64,000 bases of DNA, taken from Macrostomum lignano. Taxonomy: Eukaryota. The translations under genes were made by a program, and so were the position numbers. The DNA lies in contig NIVC01000330.1 of NCBI GenBank assembly GCA_002269645.1, forward strand, positions 248,001 through 312,000. Direction: 5' to 3'. Within the stretch, counting starts at the first letter, position 1, and each line of letters begins with the position of its first letter. The notes under the pieces were generated by a model. It did no database searches. It saw only the letters and a list, made by a program, of their open reading frames with translations, and was not told the DNA's origin. This document shows, one piece after another, positions 12,150-24,889 of the stretch.

Positions 12150-13258
12150 GGTGCTGTCTCTGTCTCCCTCTCCCCCTGCTTCTCTCTAATTCTCTGTCTC
12201 CCTCTCCCCCTGCTTCTCTCTAATTCTCTGTCTCCCTCTCCCCCTGCTTCTCTCTGATTCTCTGTCTCCCTCTCCCCTGCTTCTCCCTGATTCTCTGTCT
12301 CCCTCTCCCCCTGCTTCTCTCTAATTCTCTGTCTCCCTCTCCCCCTGCTTCTCTCTGATTCTCTGTCTCCCTCTCCCCTGCTTCTCCCTGATTCTCTGTC
12401 TCCCTCTCCCCTGCTTCTCTCTGATTCTCTGTCTCCCTCTCCCCCTGCTTCTCCCTGATTCTCTGTCTCCCTCTCCCCCTGCTTCTCCCTGATTCTCTGT
12501 CTCCCTCTCCCCCTACTTCTCCCAGATTCTCTGTCTCCCTCTCCCTCTGCTTCTCTCTGATTCTCTGTCTCCCTCTCCCTCTGCTTCTCTCCAATTCTCT
12601 GTCTGCCTCTCCCTCTGCTTCTCTCTGATTCTCTGTCTCCCTCTCCCCCTACTTCTCTCTGATTCTCTGTCTCCCTCTCCCTCTGCTTCTCTCTAATTCT
12701 CTGTCTGCCTCTCCCCCTGCTTCTGTCTGCCTCTCCCCCTGCTTCTGTCTGCCTCTCCCCCTGCTTCTGTCTGATTCTCTGTCTGCCTCTCCCTCTGCTT
12801 CTCTCTGATTCTCTGTCTGCCTCTCCCTCTGCTTCTCTCTGATTCTCTGTCTGCCTCTCCCCCTGCTTCTGTCTGATTCTCTGTCTGCCTCTCCCCCTGC
12901 TTCTGTCTGATTCTCTGTCTGCCTCTCCCCCTGCTTCTGTCTGATTCTCTGTCTGCCTCTCCCCCTGCTTCTGTCTGATTCTCTGTCTGCCTCTCCCCCT
13001 GCTTCTGTCTGATTCTCTGTCTGCCTCTCCCCCTGCTTCTGTCTGCCTCTCCCCCTGCTTCTGTCTGCCTCTCCCCCTGCTTCTCTCTGATTCTCTGTCT
13101 CCCTCTCCCCTGCTTCTCCCTGATTCTCTGTCTCCCTCTCCCCCTGCTTCTCTCTGATTCTCTGTCTGCCTCTCCCTCTGCTTCTCTCTGATTCTCTGTC
13201 TCCCTCTCCCTCTGCTTCTCTCTGATTCTCTGTCTGCCTCTCCCCCTGCTTCTGTCTC
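12150..13258. repeat. Pyrimidine-rich ~33-bp minisatellite (ctctccccctgcttctctctgattctctgtctc)
   Basis: Tandem degenerate units. Confidence 0.9.
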
Positions 13259-14369
13259 TTGCTTCGCGCAGTCCTTTGATATGTTTGAAAATCATAAATC
13301 AAACAGAAACTCAGCTCCAAGGGTTGCCAGGACCCTGCAAACCAGCGCCCTCATTAGCGCCATGGCCTGGTCCTTCTGCATTACCCATCTTGCTCGAGAA
13401 TCTGCTCAAATTTTCTTTCCAACTCCTCGAATCTCTGGCGCGTCAACAACATTACGGGATGCCCCTCCCCCCCCCCGAGGCCATAGCCGCATGCCCTCAT
13501 CTCTCACCACACCGGGCCTCCCTCCGCGTACACCTCATCAAGAGGCTGCATGCATTGGATAGAATGAGGCTGGCAAGAGAAACAGCTGAGTGAACGAACG
13601 GGAAGGCACAACCAAAATTAAGAGGCAAAAGCTTTTCCAAGGGACAATATATTAACACTCTGACTTGAAGAATGCTGCAGGCTGGAGTGCTTGGTCAGAT
13701 TCAGAAGTGGCCACCTCTTCCCCGTCTCCCAACTGCTCAGAAGGTGATGAAGGCAGGGGCTTGGAGAAGTAGCAGCTTCCTCAGCTTCGTGGTGTCCCCC
13801 CCCCCCCAATGTCCCAGATTTGACCTGCAGGCGCTAGGCAAAAAGATGCGCGCATGCTTCACATGTATTTGTATAATATCGCTACACACCCTCTGCCCAA
13901 CCCCGCTCATTCCAGCTCCATCAACCGGCAGTCCGCTGGGCGTAGATCAAAAGCAGGGCGGCGCGTGCCTTTCCAGGAATATGCGGCTCAAGGCGGTCGT
14001 CTCCGGTAAGGGCGGCAGCGTTGGTGTTGAATAAAAAAGAGTAACAGAGTAGAATTTTATCCTCAGCTGGCAATGAAACTGCCAATCCTCCGCTAAATCC
14101 CCTTTTTCGCTTAGCCCGGAATTAAAAATGCATCCGATTCCCTGGTTGGAGACAGCAGCACTTCCAGGTATTCTACTTGGGCTGCTCTGTGTCCCCTCTC
14201 TCTCTCTCTCCGGTTTTCGCTGAGTGCTCCCGCTTGCCAGTAAGGTCGCTCACAGCCCTGTGCATTTCATGAGAACCTAATGTTGATCCCGGGGTTTTTA
14301 GGACTGGCATACTCACTATGCCTCTCTTTCTCTATGCAATGTCAACTATCCTTTCTCCTAATTACTCTC

Positions 14370-14865
14370 CATTCTCTCCTCTCCCTCTCCCGCTTTACCC
14401 TCTCCCTCTCTACCCCTCTCCTTCTCTACCCGTCTCTCTCTCTACCCGTCTCTCCCTCTCTACCTGTCTCTCCCTCTCTACCCGTCTCTACCCCTCTCCC
14501 TCTCTACCCGTCTCTCCCTCTCTACCCGTCTCTACCCCTCTCCCTCTCTACCCCTCTCCCTCTCTACCCGTCTCTCCCTCTCTACCCGTCTCTACCCCTC
14601 TCCCTCTCTACCCCTCTCCCTCTCTACCCGTCTCTCCCTCTCTACCCCTCTCCCTCTCTACCCGTCTCTCCCTCTCTACCCCTCTCCCTCTCTACCCGTC
14701 TCTCCCTCTCCACCCTTCTCCCTCTCCACCCATCTCCCTCTCCACCCATCTCCCTCTCCACCCATCTCCCTCTCCACCCATCTCCCTCTCCACCCTTCTC
14801 CCTCTCTACCTGTCTCTCCCTCTCCACCCTTCTCCCTCTCTACCCGTCTCTCCCTCTCTACCCTC
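14370..14865. repeat. Pyrimidine-rich degenerate repeat (cccctctccctctcta / cccgtctct)
   Basis: Tandem degenerate units. Confidence 0.85.
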
Positions 14866-15536
14866 TAACTTATCGATCTCCCTCTCCCTCGCTCTCAAAT
14901 ACGGCTCAAAGCTTTCATGAGTTCACGCAGGAGCAATCTCTAAATGCCTATTTAAAAAACACGATTTTTCACTGAGTTAAAACAAAACTTCCCCAGTTTA
15001 TTTAATGAATTCGCCAACTCCCTAATAGAAAAAAAGTTCTGCAAAAACTGAAGCGGTTCGTTAAACAATGGGTGGGAAAAATAACAAAACCGAAGCGGGG
15101 TTAAGACCGATGGGGGCTGCTCAGGAAATGAACAAAAAATTGGCACTCATTTTTTTCTGACCAAGCGGCAGAAGCAGCAGCTCTGAAGCCATTATTTTCT
15201 GCTAGGAGAGTGACAGAAAAAAGGCGGGTGCCAGAAGTCTGCTTTAAAGAGCGGGCGGTCTGCCCGGCTGGAAGCGGAAACCACAACTTTTTGTTAATGA
15301 CAGGGACTGAGCTGATGACGTCGGGAAGCTGGGACCCACCCCCCCCACCTCCCATTGATTAGTGGGAGCAAATTGCTACAAGGCTTGCCCCATTGCGAAG
15401 CCTCATCAATCTCAAATATTCCCTTCTGTGTGTGTGCCTATTTTCCCTTAATAATCCATCTCAAATTACCTTTAGGCAGGTATGGCTGGTACTTGCACAT
15501 AGAGCTAGAAGCCGGCTAGGATCACCTTGCAGTGCC

Positions 15537-16195
15537 CCGAAATATCACAAACCCGAAGTATCACAAACCCGAAATATCACAAACCCGAAATATCACAAAC
15601 CCGAAATATCACAAACCCGAAGTATCACAAATCCGAAGTATCACAAACCCGAAATATCACAAACCCGAAGTATCACAAATCCGAAATATCACAAACCCGA
15701 AATATCACAAACCGAAATATCATAAACCCGAATAATCACAAACCCGAAATATCACAAGCCTGAAATATAACAAACCCGAAGTATCACAAACCGAAATATC
15801 ACAAACCCGAAATATCACAAACCCGAAGTATCACAAATCCGAAATATCACAAACCCGAAATATCACAAACCGAAATATCATAAACCCGAATAATCACAAA
15901 CCCGAAATATCACAAGCCTGAAATATAACAAACCCGAAGTATCACAAACCGAAATATCACAAACCCGAAATATCATAAACCCGAAATATAACAAACCCGA
16001 AGTATCACAAACCCGAAATATAACAAACCCGAAGTATCACAAACCCGAAATATCACAAACCGAAATATCACAAACCCGAAATATAACAAACCCGAAATAT
16101 CACAAACCCGAAATATCATAACTCCGAAAACCAAAATAGCGTTGGACATTGCTAGCATTTTTGGAGTTATGATATTTCGGGTTATGATTGGGAGT
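15537..16195. repeat. 16-bp minisatellite (tatcacaaacccgaaa) followed by inverted copies of the unit
   Basis: Forward units to ~16130, then ggagttatgatatttcgggttatgat at ~16165-16190, the reverse complement of the terminal units. Confidence 0.85.
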
Positions 16196-17305
16196 GCTTT
16201 TCGGAGTTGTAACTTTTCGAATTTCTGATGCCCCCCACCAACACTTTTACAAAGAGATCATGTTGCAGCAATGAAAATGTAGTGTATTATTTGGATAATG
16301 TCAAGATCATGAGCCTTAAAACTCAAATTCCATGAAGATCTCTCAGCACTCGCATTGCTGTCACACTCAGCGCAATGACTAAGTCTTTTTCAATAACTCT
16401 CAGCACTCCCGGGGCGGTCAAGCTCTGCCCATAAAATTTATATACAGATCCTTAATAAATCCTCAAGCCCCCTTCACCGTCTGTCTGGACTGTCTGTCTG
16501 TCATCCTGTCTGCGACTTCCGTTATTAGAATACCACGGGATGAGGGAGAGAGAGAGAGAGAGAGAGAGAAAAGGAAAGAGAAGGATCGAGTTGGGAAATC
16601 AGAGGTGACGCAATTTATACATAATTTCTCCGAATATCAGGCAGACCCCCAGACCCCAACCCGCTCGCTGACACAAAAAGCCATTCTTTGCATTCCCCAG
16701 ACCCCCCCCCAATCGGCCCTCATATATAATGCCAACCTCCCCACTACCCCTACTGATATTGATTGATTGATTTACAGTCCGTTCTCCCTACCAAGTGTGC
16801 CCATAAAGCATTTTACCTGCCTCAGTTCCGGACAAAGCCAGCTGGGATTCCATCCGGGAAGGGGGGGCTGTCTGAATGCCTCGTGCCCATCGCTTATTTC
16901 ACTTCTTGGGCTTCGTTCGGCTCTGGAGAAGATTTTTGAACCAAAAGACCGAGGGAAAAACAGAGGGAAAGAGAGAGAGAGAGAAGATAAGTCGAGTTAA
17001 GAATGCAGCCAATCTTTCCCTCCCCAGAGAGTTGGCAGTTCGAGCCAAGTCAAAAAAATCTTGTGTGCGAGTAAAACATCTTCATTGCCCACTGGAAATG
17101 GCGTCTTCATATTTTTTCGGGAAAGGTTGCTAAACAACTGGAATTCCTTTATGCCTCAACAGCTCGCCGTGTCGAAAAACAACCGGGCTTGCTTGCGAAG
17201 GCTAAAAGAGGAAAGTTAGCAGGGAAAAAATTGTTTTCCCATGCAAGAGAGCAGCTCGGAAAGCAGTTCACGGATGTTGGGGGCATTGGTTAGATTTTCC
17301 CTGGT

Positions 17306-17430
17306 GGTACCCACTGATGACTTCAGCTGGTGTACCCACTGATGACTTCAGCTGGTGTACCCACTGCTGACTCCAGCTGGTGTACCCACTGCTGACTTCA
17401 GCTGGTGTACCCACTGCTGACTTCAGCTGG
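17306..17430. repeat. 25-bp repeat x~5 (cagctggtgtacccactgMtgactt)
   Basis: Direct reading. Confidence 0.85.
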
Positions 17431-17509
17431 TTTTTATCAAAGCATTTCACCAGCACACAAAGCAAAGAGCAAGTATCAATGATAATTGGATTTCTCATTT
17501 TCTCCACAG

Positions 17510-17617
17510 CTGACGCGGCAGCCGTGGAGGAAGTTCCCGACGCGCCGGGCAAGCTTCCTTCTCAACCGTCATCAAATATTAACAATGGAATGCTGCTCAC
17601 ATCCAGACCCTCTGCCG
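17510..17617 (+). CDS. Probable linker exon of the ephrin-like gene (DAAAVEEVPDAPGKLPSQPSSNINNGMLLTSRPSA)
   Basis: Consensus acceptor tttctcattttctccacag and donor gtaagt; 108 nt, phase 1-1, open, low-complexity spacer composition. Confidence 0.65.
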
Positions 17618-18872
17618 GTAAGTTCTGCGATGACTGATACCCATACTCAGGCATCTTACACTGCGCCTTGATGAGAATCGCACATCATTAGAAACTTGCC
17701 GCATAAATATCTGCAGAGTGTTAAAAAAGCTAAAGAATGCCAGATTAAGAACTGACTGACAGGCTGGGAGAGGCAGCTACAGACTGATAATTAGACAGGT
17801 GTTGGAGACTCGCATCCGCCCAAGGATCCGTTGGGGAAGAGAGCTTTTGCTAAGTCTGCCGCCATATCCCGCGGAGAGCTCTGTCATAACAAGAATTCGC
17901 CATAGGTGGGCCGGCGGGAGCCGCTGCTTAGGGAGAGCCCGGATGGGATTTCAGCTGCCTGCCAAAATGGCTCTCCCGGGGATCCAGATCCCGGCGCAGA
18001 TTGGGATATTAATTTACCCTCGCCGTCCGTTCAAGCCTATGCCAGGGAAGAATCTCCTGGCAAAATATGGCGGACAAGATCTGAGGCGGCGCTGTTCGTG
18101 TGCTGCCACCTTTTGGTTGCCACCCAAGCAGCAGCAGAAGAAGACCCGGCAATTCAGAAAGGTGTTGGGTGCTGGGTATGACTCACTCCCCAATGTGGAT
18201 ACCCAGGATCTGTTGTTGCTGGTAATGCAACCCGTTTCTACCATGGGTCTTTCGGTCAGTGTTATCATAATTCTGCTTTGGGCAACAAAGATATTCAACA
18301 AAATTGCTGTAGCATGGATGACGCCGTTTGACTCAGACACACACACACAATCACGCACCGGGCACTTGTTGGTACGGTATACAATGGTGGGCACTTATTT
18401 TGCAATTTTTTTTGACACACGAAAACACACACATACACACAGTGCAATGACCTATTAAGTATTTTTAGCATTTAAATGATGAAAAAAAGCATACATTGAA
18501 ATAAAAAAGCACGTCCCATACTAATAGTATGATCTATTGAAAGTGAAGGAATAGCATATCATCGTGTAACTATATTGTCCTCAGTCGAGCGAATTCAGCA
18601 TTACTTGAAATACAAGTCTTCGTTGAAGCCAATCCACATGAAGGAAAAACTAGTTACAAGCAGTCTATTTACCTTTACCTTTACTAATACGCTATAATGC
18701 TGTACGCAATATGCCTGACTAATATGAATAAAAAATTCAATTACACTTGCGCTTAGGAAAAAACCTAAAATTGACAGTGAAACTGAAAAACTGAAACGCA
18801 AAGATTAGTTAAGCAGATTAAACAAAAAATTCCGGTCGAGCGAGAAAACAGGAGTCTCGTTATTTAGAGCAC

Positions 18873-20110
18873 TCTGGCATCCAGCATTACGCTTGCAGAT
18901 TATAAATTAGCTGCTCTCCTGAGTTCGAAGCTGACAGGTCCGTTGCAGTCGGCATCGATTGAGTCGACTGCCAATTTAGTCAATGGGTTTCGTTTCTTCT
19001 TTTCACTGGAACCTGTGGTGGGATTAGCAAAAGATCGATTTCGCATATCTGTTTAGTGATTTCAAGGACGACAAAATCATTCTTCTCTGCATGTCAGCTC
19101 CAGAAGATGCTAGTTTGCTTGCAGCTTTCTGTAGGAGCATTCTACTTTAGTAAAGTGTACCCATTCTAAAATAAGCTGTTTTTAATATGTCCCAACAAGT
19201 CTCTGTGCAGTGTGTCATCCGTTTGCCCATCAATTTGTTCTGGAGCCCTTTATTAATTGAGTTCTTTAGGTGACTTAACAAATGCGGAAAAAACTAGACA
19301 CACACACACAGTGGCCCAACACTTCGTGTCCCAATAATTGCTAGGAAAAATGCACTGCAGTGTTTAAGCATCTCCTCTGAGGGGCCCTTGCATGCATAGC
19401 TATAGAATCTGCTAAGACCCGATCTGAGAGTTAAAAGTACAAAAAGTTATAACGCTTCTAGACACGAAAACGAATGCAGCCACAGCATGAACTAACCTTT
19501 TATTGAAGCTTCTGCTTTAAATACTTTGATGCTGTGAAGCATTCTGGCATCTAGCATTACTCTCGTAGACTATTAGCTGCTCTCCTGAGTTCGAAGCTGA
19601 CAGGTCCGTTGCAGTCGGCATCGATTGAGTCGACTGCCAATTTAGTCAATGGGTTTCGTTTCTTCTTTTCACTGGAACCTGTGGTGGGATTAGCAAAAGA
19701 TCGATTTCGCATATCTGTTTAGTGATTTCAAGGACGACAAAATCATTCTTCTCTGCATGTCAGCTCCAGAAGATGCTAGTTTGCTTGCAGCTTTCTGTAG
19801 GAGCATTCTACTTTAGTAAAGTGTACCCATTCTAAAATAAGCTGTTTTTAATATGTCCCAACAAGTCTCTGTGCAGTGTGTCATCCGTTTGCCCATCAAT
19901 TTGTTCTGGAGCCCTTTATTAATTGAGTTCTTTAGGTGACTTAACAAATGCGGAAAAAACTAGACACACACACACAGTGGCCCAACACTTCGTGTCCCAA
20001 TAATTGCTAGGAAAAATGCACTGCAGTGTTTAAGCATCTCCTCTGAGGGGCCCTTGCATGCATAGCTATAGAATCTGCTAAGACCCGATCTGAGAGTTAA
20101 AAGTACAAAA
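18873..20110. repeat. Tandem duplication of a ~540-570-bp unique segment, period 666 bp
   Basis: 18909-19444 recurs nearly base-for-base at 19575-20110. Confidence 0.9.
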
Positions 20111-21306
20111 CTTATAATTTTTGTGGTTGGACACGTAGGCTATTGAGTGTCAATGGATTCAGACGAAATGTCAAGTTTTACTCAAAGCTTTTACAGCTTA
20201 CTGGTTAAAGTCGACGGATCCTTTGGCAATTGCGCCACATGGCAGTTGATCAAAGGTGATATACCTGAAGTAAAGGTAGGTACTGCTTAGCAGGAGCAGT
20301 ATTTTTTATAGCATTTAAATATAAATGCTTCTTGTTTCCGACAAAGTTTTTTAATACCACTTACATGTTTCTCGCTGTGCCATTCCATGCTGTTCTTTCC
20401 ATACCATGGTGACTCGGGTGCCATGGCAGAGGCAGAGTTGACCATTGATTTCAGCATAGCGAGTACATGCCAATTTAGTTTTACCGTACGTTTGCGGGGT
20501 GGCGTCAATAATAGACCAAAATAAATGTACACTTAACTAGCAAGGGGACTCTGGTAAATTGGAGCCATGTACACAGGGGGGTAGGGCTTAGTCCTAACAT
20601 GTACGGGGTAAGTCCTAATATGAGTGGGCTTTTGTAAACGACACTCTAGCACACAGTCCCAACAATTTATAGAATATCGAATGCGCGCAGCAGTCAATAG
20701 CATGAGTCCTAACAAGAGTGGGCTGTTGTATTCAACACTGCAACACTGTCCTAACAATTTAGTTCGTGTAGAGTACTGATGCCCATCACAGTCAGAAGTA
20801 CATGTAAGCCCTTGTCATTTCTTTAGGTTTATCTCCATCCAGAACCATCCTTTGACAATAAAATACCCTTAAAAGTGTTTTGCTATGCTTTGCTTTGTAT
20901 GTATTTTAATGTATGCTATGTATTTACGTCTTGTAACAAAGACTGCAGCAAATGAATGCGCTTGAAATCTACTATTAGTAAAAATATGAGAAAAAACCAA
21001 TAAAAATATGCGGGAGCAGATTAGCCATTTCAGTGTCCCAATAGTGATTTGGTCGAATTTTGTATCATTTTTCCTTATTGGGACGCCAGTTTTTGCTTAA
21101 TTATGGACTCAGAAAGTAAAATTATTAAAAATGAGTTGCACCATCAAAAAGAGGCTGTCGAGCTGAATCCATAGAGTATTTTTTTGAGCTGCTATTGTAA
21201 GTTTTTTGGAAGTGTTGGACGGACTTGATGGGACAGTCCCAACATTTTTTTTGGCCCAACAGTGCGGGTCCCGTTGTACGCGTATGGCCCAACAAATGCC
21301 CCGTGC

Positions 21307-21341
<35 letters not shown>

Positions 21342-22119
21342 GCTCATTGGGGTAACTCACTGATCATTTTCGGGTAGTTCTGCGGTAACTCAGAGGTTAC
21401 TCTCGGGTAGTTCTGCGGTAACTCAGAGGTTACTGTAGAGGTCATTCACAGTTCCTCTGTAGGTAGGTCATCCTGTGTATTATAAAATTTGTAATTTCTC
21501 TATGACCTCTGCTTTATTGACGTATCATTTTCTGCAGAAAATTCTCTGACTGGCTTATTAATTTTTACAAAAAACGTCAAACATGTCAAACAAAATTTCT
21601 TTGTGGCTAGTTCTTGTTTAAACCGCGATCAGAAACAAGACAAAGACCCACATGAGCCCAGCCCTGTCAGTTTTGGGGGGTCATAAGGGAAAAATTATGG
21701 CTAAATGCGAAACACTTGACACCATTGACGCATTGCGCGTCACGCATGAGGGGGTCGCAGGGAGTGGCCGCGTCTTCCCTGACCTCAGGACTGCGTCCTG
21801 TAGCAGATGCCGTCATTGTAATTCATGTAAACACCAGGCTTAGGCTCTCGACAGACCAGGAATTACTAAGTAAGCACCGTGTCTTAATGGCTGACCGCTC
21901 GAGACGAGACAGACCCTCCTCCACTTTGAAAATAATCTTCACCTTCAATGTTTGATCTCTTTGTGAATACTTTACTGTATATAGCTAAGGGTGGTGAGGG
22001 TTTAGTCACCAATAAGCTCGCATCCACTCAATGGGATTATCCTCAATGTTGCCGGCAAGCACTTCAAAGTGCCTATCTATTTATGCATCTATCTTGAACG
22101 TTAAACTCCTTTTTTCTTT

Positions 22120-22915
22120 CTACAGATCATTCAGACAGACTACAGACCATTCAGACAGACCGCAGACCATTCAGACTAACTACAGACCATTCAGACAGAC
22201 TACAGACCATTCAGACAGACTACAGACCACTCAGACAGACTACAGATCATTCAGACAGACTACAGATCATTCAGACAGACTCCAGATCATTCAGACAGAC
22301 TACAGACCATTCAGACAGACTACAGATCATTCAGACAGACTACAGACCATTCAGACAGACTACAGACCATTCAGACAGACTACAGATCATTCAGACAGAC
22401 TACAGATCATTCAGACAGACTACAGATCATTCAGACAGACTCCAGATCATTCAGACAGACTACAGACCATTCAGACAGACTACAGACCATTCAGACAGAC
22501 TACAGACCATTCAGACAGACTACAGATCATTCAGACAGACTACAGATCATTCAGACAGACTACAGACCATTCAGACAGACTACAGACCATTCAGACAGAC
22601 TACAGACCATTCAGACAGACTACAGATCATTCAGACAGACTACAGATCATTCAGACAGACTCCAGATCATTCAGACAGACTACAGACCATTCAGACAGAC
22701 TACAGATCATTCAGACAGACTACAGATCATTCAGACAGACTACAGATCATTCAGACAGACTACAGACCATTCAGACAGACTACAGATCATTCAGACAGAC
22801 TACAGATCATTCAGACAGACTACAGATCATTCAGACAGACTACAGATCATTCAGACAGACCACAGATCATTCAGACAGACTACAGACCATTCAGACAGAC
22901 TACAGATCATTCAGA
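22120..22915. repeat. 20-bp minisatellite (tacagaYcattcagacagac)
   Basis: About 40 tandem copies; source of the 322-aa repeat ORF. Confidence 0.95.
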
Positions 22916-24889
22916 CCGTCAGACCACAGTCAATCAGCAACAACCACTTTGAAATTGAATAAAACAGCCTCAAAAAAGCAGTGTAGCGAAATGAACTAGT
23001 TAGTTGGATAGATTTTGACATGCTGGCTGGAGCTAATTTCGTCAAGAACTCCTAGTGACTGGTTTCTGGGACAATTTTAAAGCAGATGGCTGGCTAAGAA
23101 AATGAGAGGAGGATGTTGCAGTTCGAAGACTTAACCTGCTGCAGTTCACTCTAGGACAGTCCGGACTAACAGTCTTACTCTAGATATCCCTTCTAGAGTC
23201 TAGTTTTAGGCTTCCTTGGCCCCGACAAGCCTTGATGTTGGTTTCTTATATTATCAAATTCTCAAGCTTGGCTGCTCAGAGAGAGAGAGACAGAAGCCTC
23301 AAAACCCTTGGCCCCCACAGTCTGCATGGCTTGCTGGCAATGGCAAAAGAATACCATGCATGCACAGGCAGCAGTCTGTCCTCAATCCCCAGTTGTTTCT
23401 CTGGCTAATAGGCTCCACGCCATGCGCAGTGGCGGCCAGCAGCAATGGGTTAATGGATAGATGGCTGAAGCCCTGGACTGGGTTTGCTGTTGCAGTTCCC
23501 AACAACACCCTTGGGAGTAATGAAATTGCCATATAGCCAGTCAGGCCCAAGCTGCCCAATGCACGCCTGGAAAGAGACCGGTGGTGGGGGAGGGGGGTAG
23601 AAGGGAAGAGAAAAAAACACATTTTGTTTGCCAGAGCAAACAAGGAATTACTTTGTGTCTCATTGACACGCAGTTTTCTCGCCTACACAGCAGGAGTTGG
23701 GAGAGAAGTGAAATAAGCGGGAGAAAAAAGCAATAGGAGAACTGGTGAATGCGGGTCCACGCAAGGCATGATTGACTGGGCAAGACTGACTCATTCGGAG
23801 GTCTCGGTGCTGTGCTCTCGTGCCCTTCTCAGCGTCAAACTCTCACTGCTAACACTTTGCAAGTGTGCGCAACTCGTTGTTAATTACACACCGCTCTGTG
23901 GGGATCTGGGAGAAGGCGGACTTCTATGGCCACGCCCCTCCGTCCCCTCGCCTAACCCGCTATCCTCTTGAGTTCCTCCTAACAGAAACAAAGGAGGCTG
24001 AGTCCAATTTCCAACTCCTCTCATTCATCTAACAATTCTGACGGCGGGAGCACCAGTTCAATGCCTCATACTGGCTTATTCTATTCATAAGGCTTCCTGA
24101 GTCTCTGAGCATAGCCAGTAGCTTACAGACCTGCCCGAGAAGAGAGGAAGGGGGTGGTGACTCAAGTCCCCAGCAAAAAAACCAGATGAGTAGTGTTTGG
24201 CTACGAAGCAGAGTAGGAAGCTGTGGTCGATACAAGTTAGAAAAACTGCAAGATTTTACAAAAGAGACGGAAAGAGTGGGAGAGAGAGCGAAAGCAGCAA
24301 AAAACAACTATTGGAACTGAAGAGCGACAGGGAAAGAGAAGTGAGGAAGCCGCATTGGGGAATTCATAAAATGGAAGGAGTGGAACAAGGTGCGAAGAAC
24401 TTAAGGAAAATTGTTTAACCACCTCATTGACAAGGAGAGTCGCGTTTCTGCAAAGTGTTAATCAATTTTGCATAAGCCTCCCCCTCAGCAGCAGTGAGCA
24501 GTCTTGCTCAACAAGCAATTCTCCATTATTCATACTCGCATTCATGCACCACTGAGCTGGCATTATCAGCTGGAATAACTTGCTCAATAAATGGCCTCGT
24601 CTCTCTGCAGACATGTGTAGCGAATTTCCCAGACAGGCCAATTATCTGCTTGGCAACTAAATAGTTTTGAAAAACTGGTTTATGGGAGGCATGGCGGGCA
24701 CTCACGAACAGCACCCATTCTTAGCAGTTGGTAGCCTCGGGCAATATTTCGCTATAAGTTTTAATATCATTTGTTATTGCCTCGTGTATTTGGTAGAGAC
24801 GATATAAAATTGTAATTAAAAAGCAATTACACTACGAAAATGAAGTTTCTATTGCTTTTAAAATGATAAACTCTGATAGATACTCACTC

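Noticed and set aside
13315-13562. Alternative hydrophobic terminal exon for the ephrin (APRVARTLQTSALISAMAWSFCITHL...)
   Set aside because: The phase fits, but the acceptor has no pyrimidine tract and the long polar tail does not fit a GPI signal; 27745 is a better candidate.
21670-21870. Minus-strand Cys-containing fragments (LVCREPKPGVY...GICY / TPCDPLMRDAQCVNGVKC)
   Set aside because: Split across two frames with stops; no recognisable domain or convincing splice sites.
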